Part shown: positions 36,701-51,700 of the stretch, piece after piece
Layout of the letters: each line of letters starts with the position of its first letter
Numbering within the stretch: position 1 is the stretch's first letter
Assembly: GCF_963921235.1 (NCBI RefSeq)
Contig: NC_086097.1
Span: 32,056,001-32,120,000 of the forward strand
Direction of reading: 5' to 3'
DNA from: Mobula hypostoma
Lineage: Eukaryota
Length of the DNA stretch: 64,000 nt
Program-made: the position numbers and the translations under genes
Notes under the pieces: model-generated
Database searches by the model: none
The model's input: only the letters and a program-made list of their open reading frames with translations
Told to the model about the DNA's origin: nothing

Positions 36701-39700
36701 CATTCGGCCCTTTGAGCCTGCACCGCCATTCAGTATGATCATGGCTGATCATCCAACTCAGAACCCTGTACCTGCCTTCCCTCCATAGCCCGGATCCCTT
36801 TAGCCACAAGGGCCATATCTAACTCCCTCTTAAATATAGCCAATGAACTGGCCTCAACTGTTTCCTGTGGCAGAGAATTCCACAGATTCACCACTCTCTG
36901 TGTGAAGAAGTTTTTCCTAATCTCGGTCCTAAAAGGCTTCCCCTTTATCCTCAAACTGTGACTCCTCGTTCTGGACTTCCCCAACATCGGGAACAATCTT
37001 CCCGCATCTAGCCTGTCCAATCCCTTTAGCATTTTATACGTTTCAATCAGATCCCCCCTCAATCTTCTAAATTCCAACGAGTACAAGCCCAGTTCATCCA
37101 GTCTTTCTTCATATGAAAGTCCTGCCATCCCAGGAATCAATCTGGTGAACCTTCTTTGTACTCCCTCTATGGCAAGGATGTCTTTCCTCAGATTAGGGGA
37201 CCAAAACTGCACACAATACTCCAGGTGTGGTCTCACCAAGGCCTTGTACAACTGCAGTAGTACCTCCCTGCTCCTGTACTCGAATCCTCTTGCTATAAAT
37301 GCCAGCATACCATTCGCCTTTTTCACCGCCTGCTGTACCTGCATGCCCACTTTCAATGACTGGTGTATAATGACACCCAGGTCTCGTTGCATCTCCCCTT
37401 TTCCTAATCGGCCACCATTCAGATAATAATCTATTTTCCTCTTTTTGCCACCAAGGTGGATAACCTCACATTTATCCACATTAAATTGCATCTGCCATGA
37501 ATTTGCCCACTCACCTAACCTATCCAAGTCACCCTGCATCCTCCTCACAGCTAACACTGCCACCCAGCTTCGTGTCATCTGCAAACTTGGAGATGCTGCA
37601 TTTAATTCCCTAGTCTAAGTCATTAATATATATTGTAAACAACTGGGGTCCCAGCACTGAGCCTTGCGGTACCCCACTAGTCACTGCCTGTTCAGTGAAT
37701 TTCCCAGTAATTATGGTACAGTTGCTTCTATCAATCTTCCTGCATCTAGCCTGTAATTTACAGGAATCTGGTTCGAGCCGCTGCCTCACTTCTCTGATGC
37801 TGACCCAGGTACTGTCTGTGTGGAGTTTGCACGTCCCTCCTCGTGACCCTGCTGGTTTCCTCTGGTGTTCTGGCCTCACAGAGCAGTTACAGCACAGGAG
37901 GCCACCCTTTGGCCCACATTGTACATGCTGATCACGTTGCCTAGCAACACTAATCACATTTGCCTGCCTTAGATCCATACCTTCCTAAACTGTGCCTACT
38001 TAGCTTCTGTCTAATTTGGAATTTAAACTAATTGGGAGGGGGATGGGGTCTGGAGTGATAGGGATGAGAATGGGGCAGTTGGTATACAAGAAGATGCAGT
38101 TGTGGTGAGACCGTGAGGAAGGACAGGGAGATGAAAGGGCAAATGTCAGTGGGATGAGTTGAAGCGCAATATGGGGGCAAAATCAAAAAGGGTGATGAAT
38201 ACAGGCCTGAAGGTGTAATGTTTGAATGCACACAGTATACAGAATAAGGTAGATGATCTTGTAGCGCATTTAGAGATTGGCTGGTATGACACTGTGGGTA
38301 TCACTGAGTCATGGCCGAAAGAAGATCATCATTGGGAGCTTAACATCCAAGGATACAAATTATATCGAAAGGTCAGGCAGGTAGGCAGAGAGGGTGGTGT
38401 GGCCTGTTGATAAAAATTGAAATCAAATCCTTAAAAAGAGCTGATATAGGATTGGTAGATGTAGAAACCTTGTGGGTAGAGTTAGTAAACTGCAAAGGTA
38501 AAAAGTCCCTGATGGGAGTTATTTACAGACCTCTGAACAATAGACAGGATGTGAGATATAAATTACAATGGAGGATAGAAAAGGCATGTTAAAAGGGCAA
38601 TGTTACAATAGATATAGGGGATTTCAATAATTAGGTAGATTGGGAAAATTAGGTTGGTGCAGAATCCCAAAATAAGGTATTTGTGGAATACATAGGAGAT
38701 GACTTTTTTAGAGTAGTTTGCTGTTGAGACAACAAGGAGAAAAGACAATTCTGGATTGGTTGTTTGTGTAATGAACCTGATTTGATTAGAGAACTTAATG
38801 TTTAAAAATACCTTGAGGAGGGAGTGATCATAATACAATAGAATTCACTCTACAGTTTGGGAGGGAGAAGCTAAAGTCAGATGTATCAATATTAAAGTGG
38901 AGTAAAGGGAATTATAGAGGCATGAGAGAGGAACTGGCCAAAGTTGATTGGAAGGGGATACTAGCAGGGATGATGGCAGAGCAGCAATGGCTGGAGCTTC
39001 TGGAGGCATTTGGAAGGTGCAGGAAAAGTACATCTAAAAGATGAAGAAATATTCTAAAGGGAGGATGAGGCAACTGTGGGTGACAAGGGAAATCAAAGAC
39101 AGCATTAGAGGAAAAGAGAGGACATATAGTATAACAAAAATTACTGGGAAGTTAGAAGATTGGGAAGATTTTAAAAAATGAACAGAAGGCAACTAAAAAA
39201 ACCATAAGGAGAGAAAAGGTGAAATATGAAGGTAAGCTAGCCAATAATATAAAAGACAACAGCGAAAGTTTTTTCAGATATACAAAGAATAAAAGAGAGG
39301 CAAGAGTGGATATCGGACCGCTGAAAATTGACGCTGGTGAGTTAGTAATGGGAGCAAGGAAATGGCAGACAAACTGACTAAGTATTTTGCATCAGACTTC
39401 ACTGAGGAAGACTCTAGCAGTATGCCAGAAATTTCAGTGTCAGGCTACAGAAGTGAATGTAGTTACTATTACTAAGGACAAAGTGCTTGGGAAGCCAAAA
39501 TGTCTGAAGGTAGATGAGTCACCTGGACCAAATGGACTACACCCTAGGGTCTGAAAGAGGTAGCTGAAGAGATTGTGGAGGCAACAGAAATGATCTTTCA
39601 AAAATCACTAGGTTCTGGAATGGTTCTGAAGGACTGGAAAATTGCAAATGTCACTCCACTCTTTAAGAAAGGAGGGAGATAAAAGAAAGGAAACGATAGG

Positions 39701-42700
39701 CCAGTTAGCCTGAAATCATTGTTTCATAAGATATTGGAGTCTATTATTAACAATGAGATTTCAGGGTACTTGGAGGCACATGATAAAATAGACCAAAGTC
39801 AGCATGGTTTCCTTAAGGGAAAATCTTGCCTGACAAATCTGTTGGAATTCTTTGAGGTAATAACAAGCAGGATAGACAAAGGAGAATTGGTGGATGTTGA
39901 GTACTTGGATTTTCAGAAGGCCTTTGACAAGGTGCTGCACATGAGGCTGCATAACAAGATTAGAGCCCATGGTATGACAGGAAAGACACTAGCATGGATA
40001 GAAGATTTGCTGACTGGCAGCAGGCAAACAGTGGGAATAGAGGGGACCTTTTCTGGTTGGTTGCCGGTGACTAGTAGTGTTCCACAGGGGTCTATGTTGG
40101 GACTGCTATTTTTGCGTTATATGCCAGTGATTTGAATGACAGAATTGATGGCATTGTGGCCAGGCTTACATACAATACGAAGATAGGTGGAGGGGTAGGT
40201 AGTGTTGAGGAGGCAGTGAGGCTGGAAAAAGACTTACAGATTTGGAGAATGGGCAAAAATGTGGCAGATGGAATATAGTGTAGGGAAGTGTATGGTCATG
40301 TACTTTGATGGGAGGTATAAACACCTAGATTATTTTCTAAACGCGGAGAAAATTCAAAAATCAGAGGTGCTAAGGGACTTTGAAGTCATGTGCAGGATTC
40401 CCTACAGGTTAACTTGCAGGTTGAGACAGTGGTAGGGAAGACAAATATAATGTTAGCATTCATTTCGAGAGGACTAGAAAAACAAACAAGGATGTTATGC
40501 TGAGGCTTTATAAGACATTGGTCAGACCACACTTGGAGTATTGAGAGCAGTTTTGGACCCCTTATCTAAGAAAGGGTGTGCTAGCATTGAAGAGGGTCTA
40601 GAGGAGGTTCACGAGAATAATTCAGGAATAAAAGGGTGGAAGTATGAGGTGTGCTGGTTGTCTTTGGGCCTGTAACTTGCTGGAGTTAAGAGGAATGAGG
40701 GGGAACTAGTGCAGGTAGGAATGGAGAGATCACACATATGAAGGACTAGCTGCAGAGATGGTGTAGGGGACAGGGCTTCAAGTTCTTGGATCATTGGAAC
40801 CTTTTCTGGGGAAGGGGTGACCATACAAGAGGGATGGGTTGCACTTGAACTCGAGGGGAACCAATATCCTAGCCACAAGGTCTGCAGATGCTACTCGGGA
40901 GAGTTTAAACTAGTTTTGCAGGGGGCTGGGAACCTGAGACCTCAGGTCATTAAGGGAAGGATTGGACTGGAAGGAAAGTATTGAAAGGCAAAATTGAAAT
41001 AACAGGTATGGTGAGTCGGATAGTTTGAAGTGTGTCTATTTTAATGCTAGGAGTATTATGGGTAAGGGTGATGAACTTAGAGCATGGATCAGTACATGGA
41101 ACTACAAAGCTGTAGCCATTACTGAAACTTGGTTGAGAGAGGGGCAGGAAAGTGTGATTAATTGTATCCGGTTTTCAAAGTTTTAGAAAAGATAGAGGAA
41201 GAGGTAAGGGGGGGGGTGGGGGGGTGGATAGAGTTGAACTACTAATCAAGGACAATATCACAGCCATACTTGGGGAGACAGAATGGAGGGGTCAGATACT
41301 GAGTCTGCTTGGGTAGAACCCACGGATAGGAAGGGTGCAATCACACTGATGGGATTGTACTACAGACCCCCTAATAGCCACCAGAACATTGTAGGAACAG
41401 ATATGTAATCAGATTAAGGAAACATGTTAAATAATAGGGATGTTGTCGTGGGGAATTTCAACTTCCTTAATATAAACTGGGACCTTCCTAGCGCAAGGAG
41501 TTCAGATGGGGCAGGATTTTTTAAGTGTGTCCAGGAAGGTTTGTTAAATCAATATGTGGATGGTCCATTGAGAGGAGGGGCCGCATTGGACCTGGTGCTG
41601 GGTAGTGAGCCTGGTCAAGTGACTGAACTTTCAGTGGATGAACGGTTAGGGGGCAGTGACTACAACTCTTTAACTTTCAGGCCAGCTATAGACAAGGATA
41701 GGTATGGTTCTTGTGGGAGAACTTTAAATTGCACTAGAGCAAATTATGAGGGCATTAGGCAGAAACTAAGGTGAGTTAATTGGGAACACCTTTTTTCTGG
41801 CAAGTCCACATCAGACATGTGGAGGGTGTTTAAAGATCAATTGCACAGAATACAGGAAAGGTATGGTCCTGTTAGAAGGAAGGACAGGGATGGAAAGATA
41901 AGGGAGCCTTGGACATCCAGAGAGGTAACACTCACAAAACGCTGGAGGAACTCAGCAGGTCAGGCAGCATCTATGGAAAAGAGTACAGTCGACATTTTGG
42001 GCTGAGTTGTCGACTGCACTCTTTTCCATAGATGCTGCCTGGCCTGCTGAGTTTCTCCAGTATTTTGTGTGTGTTGCTCGGATTTCTAGCAACTGCAGAT
42101 TCGTTCATGTTTATGTCCAGACAGGTGGTGAATTTAATCAAGAAGAAAAAGGAAAAGTATGTAAAGCTTCGGAACTCAGGATCAAACGGAGCACGAGGAG
42201 TATAAAGAAGCCAGAAAAGAACTCAAGGTGGAATTAGGAAAGCCAGGAGGGGCCATGTAAAGTCCTTGGCAAGTAGTGTTAAAGACAATCCCAAGGGATT
42301 CTGTACATACATCAAGAATAAAAGAATAACTTGAGAGAGAGTGGGACCATTCAAGGATAAAGGGGGGAACATTTGTTTGGATGCAGAGAATGTGAGTGAG
42401 GTACTTAATGAGTACTTTGCTTCAGTATTTACCAAAGTAAAGGACATGGGAGACCAGGAGATCAGAGCTTAGTGTATAAATACGTTAGGGCATTTGGAGG
42501 TCAATGAGGAGGAAGTGTTGGGTCTCCTAATGAGTATTAAGGTAGATAGGTCCCCAGGGCCTAATGGGATTTACCCCAGGTTATTCAAGGAGGCAAAAGA
42601 CGAGATTGCTGAGCCCATGACCAGAGCAGCGTCTTTGTGTCTTCTCTAGGCACAGGCGAGGTCCTGGAGGACTGACGAGTGGATAATGTTGTTTCTCTAT

Positions 42701-45700
42701 TTAAGAAGGGAACAAGGGAAAATCCTGGGAATTGTAAACCTGTGTGTCTTGCGTCATTTGTAGGGAAATTGCAGGAGAAAAAGCTTTAGGGACAGGATAT
42801 ATCAGCATTTGGAAAACCATAACCTAATTAGGAAAAGCCAGCATGGCTTTGTGCATGGCAGGTCATGTCTTAACAACTTGTTTGAGTTTTTTTGACAAGG
42901 TGAAGAGAAAGGGTAGGCAATGGATATTGTGTACAATGATTTTAGTAAGATGTCTGACAAAGTCCCTCATGGAAGGCTAATCTAGAAGTTTAAGATGCAT
43001 GGGATCTCCAGTGAATTGGCTGTTTGGATTCAGAACTGACTTGCGCATAGGAGACAGCATAGTGGTTGAAGGGACTTGTTCGAGCTGGAAGTCTATAGTT
43101 AGTGGGGTTCCGCAGGGATCTGTGCTAGGACCTCAGCTATTTGTGATGTATATAAATGACCTGGATGAAAATGTAGATTAGTAAGTTTGCAGATGTTGCC
43201 AAGATTGGTGGAGTCGTGGACAGAGTAGAAGAATGGCAAAGAATACAGAGCAATATAGATCAGTTGCAAATATGATCAGAGAAATAGCAGTTGAAGTTTA
43301 ACCCAGATAAACTTGAGGTGCTGCACCTCGGCAGGGAAAGCGCAAGGATAGAGTACGCTGCTCAGGGCAAGGTCCTTAACAGCGCTGCTGAGCAGAGATT
43401 CTGGCTGGATAGGCTTGGGTTGTTTTCTCTGGAGCGTCAGAGGCTGAGGGGAGATCTGATAGAGGTTTACAAGATTAGGAGAGGCAAAGATAGAGTGGAC
43501 AGAGAGTATCTGTTTCCCAGGGTTGAAATGTCTAATACCGGAGGGCATGCATTGAAAGTGAGAGGGTATAGGTTCAAGAGGGATGTGAGGAGTAAGTTTT
43601 TTTTACTCAGAGAGTTGTGGGTGCCTGGAATGTGTTGGCTGGTATGGTGGTAGAGGTAGATTAAGATTAGAGATATTTAAGAGATGTTTGAATAGGTACA
43701 TGGATGTAAGGAAGATGGAGAGATATGGACATGGTGTAGATAGGAGGGATTAGTGTTTGGGTGTTTTTGATTTGCTTTTTTGCTGGCTCAGCACAACATT
43801 GTGGGCTGAATGGCCTGTACCTGTGCTGTACTCTTCTATATTTTCTATGAAACCTATTGGATATTGAAAGGCCTTGACAGAGTGGATGTGGAGAAGATGT
43901 TTCCTATAGTGGGTGAATCTAGGACCAGAAGGCACAACCTCAGAATAGAGGGACGTCCATTTAGAACAGTGATGAGGAGGAATTTGCTTAGTCAGAGGGT
44001 GGTGAATCTGTGGAATTCATTGCCACAGAATGCTGTGGGGGGCAAGTCACTGAGTATATTTACAGTGGAGGTTCAAAGGTTCTTGATTAGTCAGGGCATC
44101 AAAGGTTACGGAGAGAAGGCAGGAGAATGGGGTTGAGGGGGATAGTAAATCAGACATGATGGGATGATGAAGCAGACTCGATGGGCCAAATGGTCTAATT
44201 CTGCTATGTCTTATGGTCTAAATGCCTCTTAAACATAGTGACTGTATTTGATTCCACCAGTTTCTTTTGCACATTAGTTGTTTGTGTCAGTCTCTTAACC
44301 TATGATGTCTAGTTCTAGTCTCATTCAACATCAATGGAAAAAGCCTGCTTGCATTCATCCTATCTATACTCCTCATCATTTTGGATACCTCTATTAAATC
44401 TCCCCTCATTCTCCTACGTCCAGGGAATAAAGTCCTAACCTGGTTCAACCTTTTCCTAAAACTCAGGACCTCAGGTCCTGACAAGATCCTTGCAAATTTT
44501 CTCTGTAAACTTACTTCTAAACATCTAATCCTTGTAAACCCATCCTTCAATCCCTTTAAACCTCATTCCTCACAGCTTATATTCCTCTTGTCTTTGACAT
44601 TCTTCCCATGGGGAAAAAGTATCTGACTGTCTACCCTATCTCTGCCTCTGATAATGTTATACACCTGTCAGGTGTCCCCTCACTCCAGGAGAAACAAGCC
44701 CAGCTGGGAGGACCTCAGCGGACTGTGCAGAGAAACCGTCGACATTCCGAGTGGGCACTCCAGGTCACGACTGGGAAAGGGGTGGGAAGATCGAGGAGGA
44801 AGTCGGGATCAGATCAGGTCAGATTCATTTATTTATCACATGTACATCAGAAACATACAGTGAATGCGTCGTATGCGTTAACAACCAAGGCACCCAAGGA
44901 TGTGCTGGGGGCAGCCCACATGTCATCCCACACGCCCACAATGTTTATCAGAATGACACAAACAACAATAACACAACAACAGCAACAAATCTATAAATTT
45001 GCCAACAACACAACTATTGTTGGCAGAGTTTCAGGTGGTGATGGGAGGGCGTACAGGAGCGAAATCAATCAGCTGGTTGAGTGGTGTCGCTGCAACAACC
45101 TTGCACTCAGTGTCAGTAAGACCAAAGAATTGAATGTGGGCTTCAGAAAGGTTAAGACGAGGAAACACACACCAGTCCTCGCGGAAGGATCAGAAATGGA
45201 GAGAGTGAACAATTTCAAGCTTCTGGGTGTCAACATCACTGAGGATCTATCTGGGGCCCAACATATCAATGCAGTTACAAAAAAGAACATAATAACATAA
45301 GAAATAGGAGCAGGAATAGGCCATCTGACCCATTGGGCCTGCTCCGTCATTCAATAAGATCATGGCTGATCTGGCCATGGACTCATCTCCACCTATCTGC
45401 CTTTTCCCCATAACCCTACTATGCAAAAATCTATCCAACCTTGTGTTAAATATATTTACTGAGGTAGCCTCCACTGCTCCATTGGGCTGAGAATTCCCCA
45501 GGTTCACCACTCTCTGGGAAACGCAGTTCCTCCTCATCTCCATCCAAATCTACTCTCCCGAATCTTGAGGCTATGTCCCCTATTCCTAGTCTCACCAATC
45601 AGTGGAAATAACTTTCCTGCCTCTATCTTATCTATCCTTTACATAATTTTATATGTTTCTATAAGATCTCCTCTCATTCTTCTGAATTCCAGCAAGTATA

Positions 45701-48700
45701 GACCCAGGCGACTCAATCTCTCCTCATAGTCCAACCCCCTCATCTCTGGAATCAACCTAGTGAACCTCCCCTGCACCACCTCCAAAACCAGTATATCCTT
45801 CCTCATGTAAGGAGACCAGAACTGCAGTACTCCAGGTGTAGCCTCACCAGTACCCTCTCCAGTTGCAGCATAACCTCTCTGCTCTTAAATTCAATCCTTC
45901 TAGCAATGAAGGCCAATATTCTCTTTGCGTTCTTGATAACCTGCTGCACCTGCAAACCAACCTTTTGTGATTCATGCACAAACACTCCCAAGTCCCTCTG
46001 CACAGCAGCACGCTGCAATCTTTCACCATTTAAATAATACGTAATCTGATCTTCCATTTTCCCTTCCAAAGTGGATGACCTCGCATTTACCAACATTGTA
46101 CTCCATCTGCCATACCCTTGCCCACTCACTTAACCTATCTATATCTCTCTGCAGACTCTCCGTATCTTCTGCACAATTTGCTTTTCCACTTAATTTAGTA
46201 TCATCAGCAAACTTAGATACACTACACTCGGTCCACTCTTCCAGATCGTTAATGTAAATCATGAACATTTGTGGGCCCAGCACTGACCCCTGTGGCACAC
46301 CACTCACCACTGACTGCCAACCAGAGAAACACCCATCTACCCCAACTCTCTGCTTTCTATTAGTTAACCGATTCTCTATCCATGCTAATATATCACCCCC
46401 ATCTCTATGCATCCTTATCTTACAGATAAGTCTTTTATGTGGCACCTTATCGAATGCCTTCTGGAATTCCAGGTAAATAATATCCATCTATTCCCCTCTA
46501 TCCACTGCGCTCGTTATATCCCGACATCGGCTATATTTCATTGGGAGTTTGAAGAGATTTAATATGTCACGAATGACACTTGCAAATTTCTACAGATGTA
46601 CCATGGAGAGCATTCTAACTTGCCGCATCACCGTCTGGTATGGGGGGCGGGGGGTCACGGCACACGGTCGAAATAAGCTGTTTGAAAGTTGTAAACTCAG
46701 TCAGCTCCATCGTGGGCACCAGCCTCCCCAGCATCCAGGACATCTTCAAGGAGCGATGCCTCAAAAAGGTGCCGTCCATCATTAAGGACCCCTGTCAGGA
46801 CATAACCTCTTCTCATTGCTACCATTAGGGAGGTGGTACAGGAGCCTCAACAATTCAGGAATAGCTTCTTCCACTCCGCCATCCAACTTAAGAATGGACA
46901 TTCAACCCATAAACTTTTTTCCCTCTTTTGGCACTACTTATTTAACTTTATACTATATACATTTACTATAGTTTACAGTTGTTAGTGTGTATTGCACTGC
47001 ACTGTTGCTGCATAACAACAAGTTTCACAAGATATGTCAGTGATATTAAACCTGATTCTGATTCTGAAATCAAAACAACAGCCAAACAAACCCCTTTCCT
47101 CCCTTGCACCCACCCTCCCAGCCACTCACGAGGACAGACTTCTAACCCCAGGACAGGCTGCCTATGTGTGTGTAACAGGAATTCACGTGTGTGTAACACA
47201 GACTGTGCATATAATGTGGATTGCGCATACAACGGGGACTGCGTGTGTGTAAAAGGATCGGTGTCCCAGCACCAACTGTGGGTAGATTTGCTTCTGCCAG
47301 ATGTTGAGATACCACTCCCTCAGCTGTTGCCTCAGGGCACAGGGTGGGATTCACCCCTGAGGAACACTCCCACCTCCCAGCAATGCATCAGTGAGGCCGC
47401 TGGCAAGTGCAACAGATGTCAGCTGTGTAAAGCTGCCTCGACAGGCTTATCCCACAATAGAGGATTACAGGCTGCTGAGCAAGCATGCCCCAAAGTCCAC
47501 CAGGCTTTGTGTGCGTCTTTCCTCTCAGACAGCCCTGGTCTATTCACCAGACCAGACCGAGTATCAGCTGGGAGAGGACAGATGGCAGCTTTCAGCCCCG
47601 TCCGATCCCTCAGTTAGATCTGCAGTGATGCATGCAGCTCATACACAAAGCTAACCCCGTGATGCAGGAGCAAGAAGTTATATGTCACTCACTGTGCAAG
47701 TCAGTACCATTGAGAGTGTGAACCTCCCTCAGTTCCCCCCCTCCCAGTGTCACCCTTCCACAGTACCACCTCTCCCACCGTACCATCCCTCCCTCAGTAT
47801 CACCTCTCCCACTGTGCCATCCCTCCCTCAGTATCACCTCTCCCACAGTACCGTCCCTCCCACAATGTGACCCTCCCTCAGTACCACCCTTCCCACAGTG
47901 TGACCCTCCCTCAGTACCACCCCTCCCACAGCGTGACCACTCCTCAGTAGTGTCCCTTTTCTTTACAAAGCTATAAAAGTTTATTTATATCACAAATACA
48001 CAAGGTACAAACATTCAGTATTTACAACACAGTGAGTACACTCAAATTAAAATACGGTTACCACTGTCTATTAGCCAATCAATACCCCGGGGGGGGGCAC
48101 TGCTCCCGGAAGCCCCCCATTGTGCCCATTGTGACCACATGCTCCCTCTCCAAGGGCAGCCGGGCGTGAACGAATCCTCGGAAACGGGGCAGGCAGTCGG
48201 CCCGGGCAGCACCTTCCGTCCACTTTCTGCTGCTTCAACCTGTGAATGGCCATCTTGGCCAGGCCCAGGAGCAAGCCCACCAGGAGACCCTCCTCACGAC
48301 TCGCCCCCTTCTGAACTGGGTGCCCGTAGATGAGGAGCGCGGGACTAAAGTGCAGCCCCTTGAGAAACTCAAAGAGCGGCTAGAAACTCTCACATTCTGT
48401 GTAAGCGTGGTACACTGACTCCTCACGCCCACAGATGGGGTGTCAGGGAACCTGCTCAAAAACCTGTTGTATGGTACTGCCCAATACAACACCTTCCACC
48501 CCAGCTCCCCAGTGTACAGGGGAAGGACTCCTACGTAAAGAGACTTTCACTGGGGACCTCCTCTGCTGCTCTCCCACAGTATGGCCCTCCCTCAGCACCA
48601 CCGCCGCTCCCAGAGTCCACCTAACAACCTCCTCGTTGTTCCCCCCACCGTCATTCTTCACCCCCCCCACCCCCTCACCTGGAGTCGATGAGCTGGTTGA

Positions 48701-51700
48701 GGTGCTCCCACCGAGCCGCGATGCCCTGCAATCTGCTGTCGACCTCGCTGGCCCGGGCTGGATCACTCGCCTCCTTCAGCCCCTCTCCCAGCCTCTGCAC
48801 CGTCTGTCTGCTCGTCTGCCATCGTGCAATCTCCTCCACACAGTCCTGTCACACACACATGCACATCGACATTGCGTCAGCAGGGAGCACACACCCTGAC
48901 ACCCCGGGGGAACGGTGGGGGAGGAGGGGGGTAGGACTGAAATTCCGTGGTTAAACTCCCTGATTCCCCACTCACAAAGGCCCTCTTCACCGGACCCAGA
49001 CCCAACCTCCATTCTGGTCACTCCACCAGGCCCTCCTCTCCTCCTCCCTCTCCGGCCACTGGCCCCTCTACTTGCAGCCTCCCCCCACACCCCCCCGTCC
49101 CTCAACCCACCTGCCCAGCGGCTGGGTCTCACCCCAATTCAGGAATCTACAGACCCTGGTCTCTCCAGACTCCCACAGCTCACTGTGTGATGGGACGTTT
49201 ACCTGATAGCCTGCTTAAACCTCCTTATCTCCGTCTCCACCCCGAGGGAGGTAATCCCTCACATTGCCAAGCGCATTAGCGAGGTAATACGGGATCCTCA
49301 CCACGTCACAAGGAGTGCTGTGCTCTGAATAAACCCTACAGTTTCTAGACCCTCCCCCCCCCCCCACCGTTTTCCTCTCTGCCATCAGATTTCGGAACAG
49401 TCCGTGAACACTGCCTCATATCTGCACAACTTGTTTATTATTTTGTATATTTCTTATTGTAACTTCTCGCAATTTTTTTATGCCTTGCACTGAACTGTTG
49501 TCACAAAACAACTTATTGTACAGACAGTCGATGTTTTGGGCTCGAGACCCTTCATCAGCATTTCACAACACACGTCAGTGAGAATAAACCTGACTCTGAC
49601 TCTGATTCCGAGTCCATTCTCTGTCCGCCACCTCCTCTGGAGGCAATTCCCCACCGTAGAAGGTGGCGTGCTTCGATGTGGGCTTGGTGAGTCCAGCTCG
49701 TGGCCTCTGCAGACTCCACTTTGGGTGGGATGTGCTGGTAGGGTGTTTCAGGCCGGTATGCGTTAGAATACAGCACTACAGCACAGTACAGACAGTCTGG
49801 CCCAGGATGTTGTGCCCACATTTTAACCTACTCCAAGATCAATCTAACCTTTCCCTCTCACATAGCTCTCCATTTTCCTTTCATCCATGTGACTATCTAA
49901 ATCTCCATGGTTCTTGAACTCAATTCCTCGACTAATAAAGGCCACGTCTTCTTAACCACCTTAGCAACTTGCATGGCATCTTTGAAGGATGTACAGTTGT
50001 GGACCCCAAGATCCCCCTGTTTCTCCATGCTTCTAAGAACTTGCTTTCAAATTTGACCTTCCAAAGTGAATCACTTTACACTTTTCCCGGGTTGAACTCC
50101 ATCTACCAATTCTCAATCCAGCTCTGCATCCTGTCAATGTCCCGTTGTAACCTATGACAAACCCCACAACTACCCACAACTCCAACATCACCTCCGCTGC
50201 CTGTCCGCCACATATAGGGAGTTGCTCCGGCTTCCGCTGCTGCTCAGTTTCCATTCTCAAGAGTCAGAGAGCCACTCAGCATGGGAACAGGCCCCTTGGC
50301 CCAACTTGACCACATTAGAGCAGTGTTTAGCGTCACACTGTCACACTAGCAACAACCCAGGTTCAACCCCACTGCTATCTGCAAAGAGTTTGTGCGTGGG
50401 AGTGGGTGTGGGGAGGGAGGCTTGTTGTGCTGTTATTGTTTTGTTGCTCGTTGTGTTCTGTGCTGCTCTGCCAAGCATTGTGGGAATTTTACGTTTCTCT
50501 AAATAAAACAGAAATTAAAAACCTTCCTACAGACAGTGGAGGGAACTGAACCCCAATCATTGATACTGTAAAGTGTTACACTAACCATTGACAGGAAACC
50601 GGACTGGTCTAGCCACATAAACACTGTGGCTACCAAAGCAGGTCTAAGGCTATGAATCCTGTGGTATGTAACTCATCTCCTAACTCCCCAAAGTCTGTCC
50701 ACCTTGTACAAGGCTCAGGTCAGGAGTGTAATGGAATACTCGCCACTTGCCTGGATGAATGCAGCTTCATCAACACTCAAGAAGCTCGACACCATCCAGT
50801 ACAAGGCAGCCCACTTGATTAGTACCCCTTCCACAAGCATCCACATCCCTCCACCATCGACAAACAGTTGCAGCAGTGTGTACTATCTACAGGATGTACT
50901 GCAACAACACACCAAAGCTCCTAAGGCAGCACCTTCCAGATCCACGTCCACTACCATCTAGAAGGACGAGAACAGATACCTGGGAACTCCACCACGAGGA
51001 AATCCCCCTCCAAGTCACTCACCACCCTGACTTGGAAACATATCGCCGTTCCTTCAATGTTGCTGGGTCAAAATCATGGAATTCCCTCCCTAATAGGACT
51101 GTGGGTGTACCTACACCTCGGGGACTGCAGTGGTTCAAGAAGGCAGTTCATCACCATCTTCTCAAGGGCAACTAGGGATGGGCAATAAATGCTGGCTTAG
51201 CTGGCGATGCCCACATCCCATAAATACATAAATAAACAGACCATTACGTTATTGTGCCATACATTTAGAAGGCTAGGTGCCAAACATAGAAAGATGGGAC
51301 TAGCTCACTGGGCAACACAGTTGGCATGGGCTGGTTGTTTCCACACTGTTTGACTGCAGCTGTGGAAAGAGATGGTTCACCCTGACCTTCTCTTAGGGAT
51401 GGGCAATAAATGCCAGTCTCTCCAGATGTGGCAGCACCCTGAGGTCAGAACCAACGAGCGATCACAAGTTCCTTACCTTTTGCAGCTTCTCGATTGTCTC
51501 CTCGATCCCTGTTCCGGTGCTCTGGGTGACCTGACCCACCATTGTCTTCAGCCAAGCTCCCAGCTCCTCACTTCTGGTTTTGAACAGATTCCATTGCTCC
51601 AGCCCCCGATTAATATCCTGTCCACGCGCGAAGCCCTGAGGGATTGAGGACAGAGCCCGTTAGTGGCATTACCTCAAGGTGGCGGAAGGAGCATCAGCCC

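Noticed and set aside
46979..47617. 212-aa ORF
   Set aside because: Starts in a LINE tail and has no recognisable domain or splice context.
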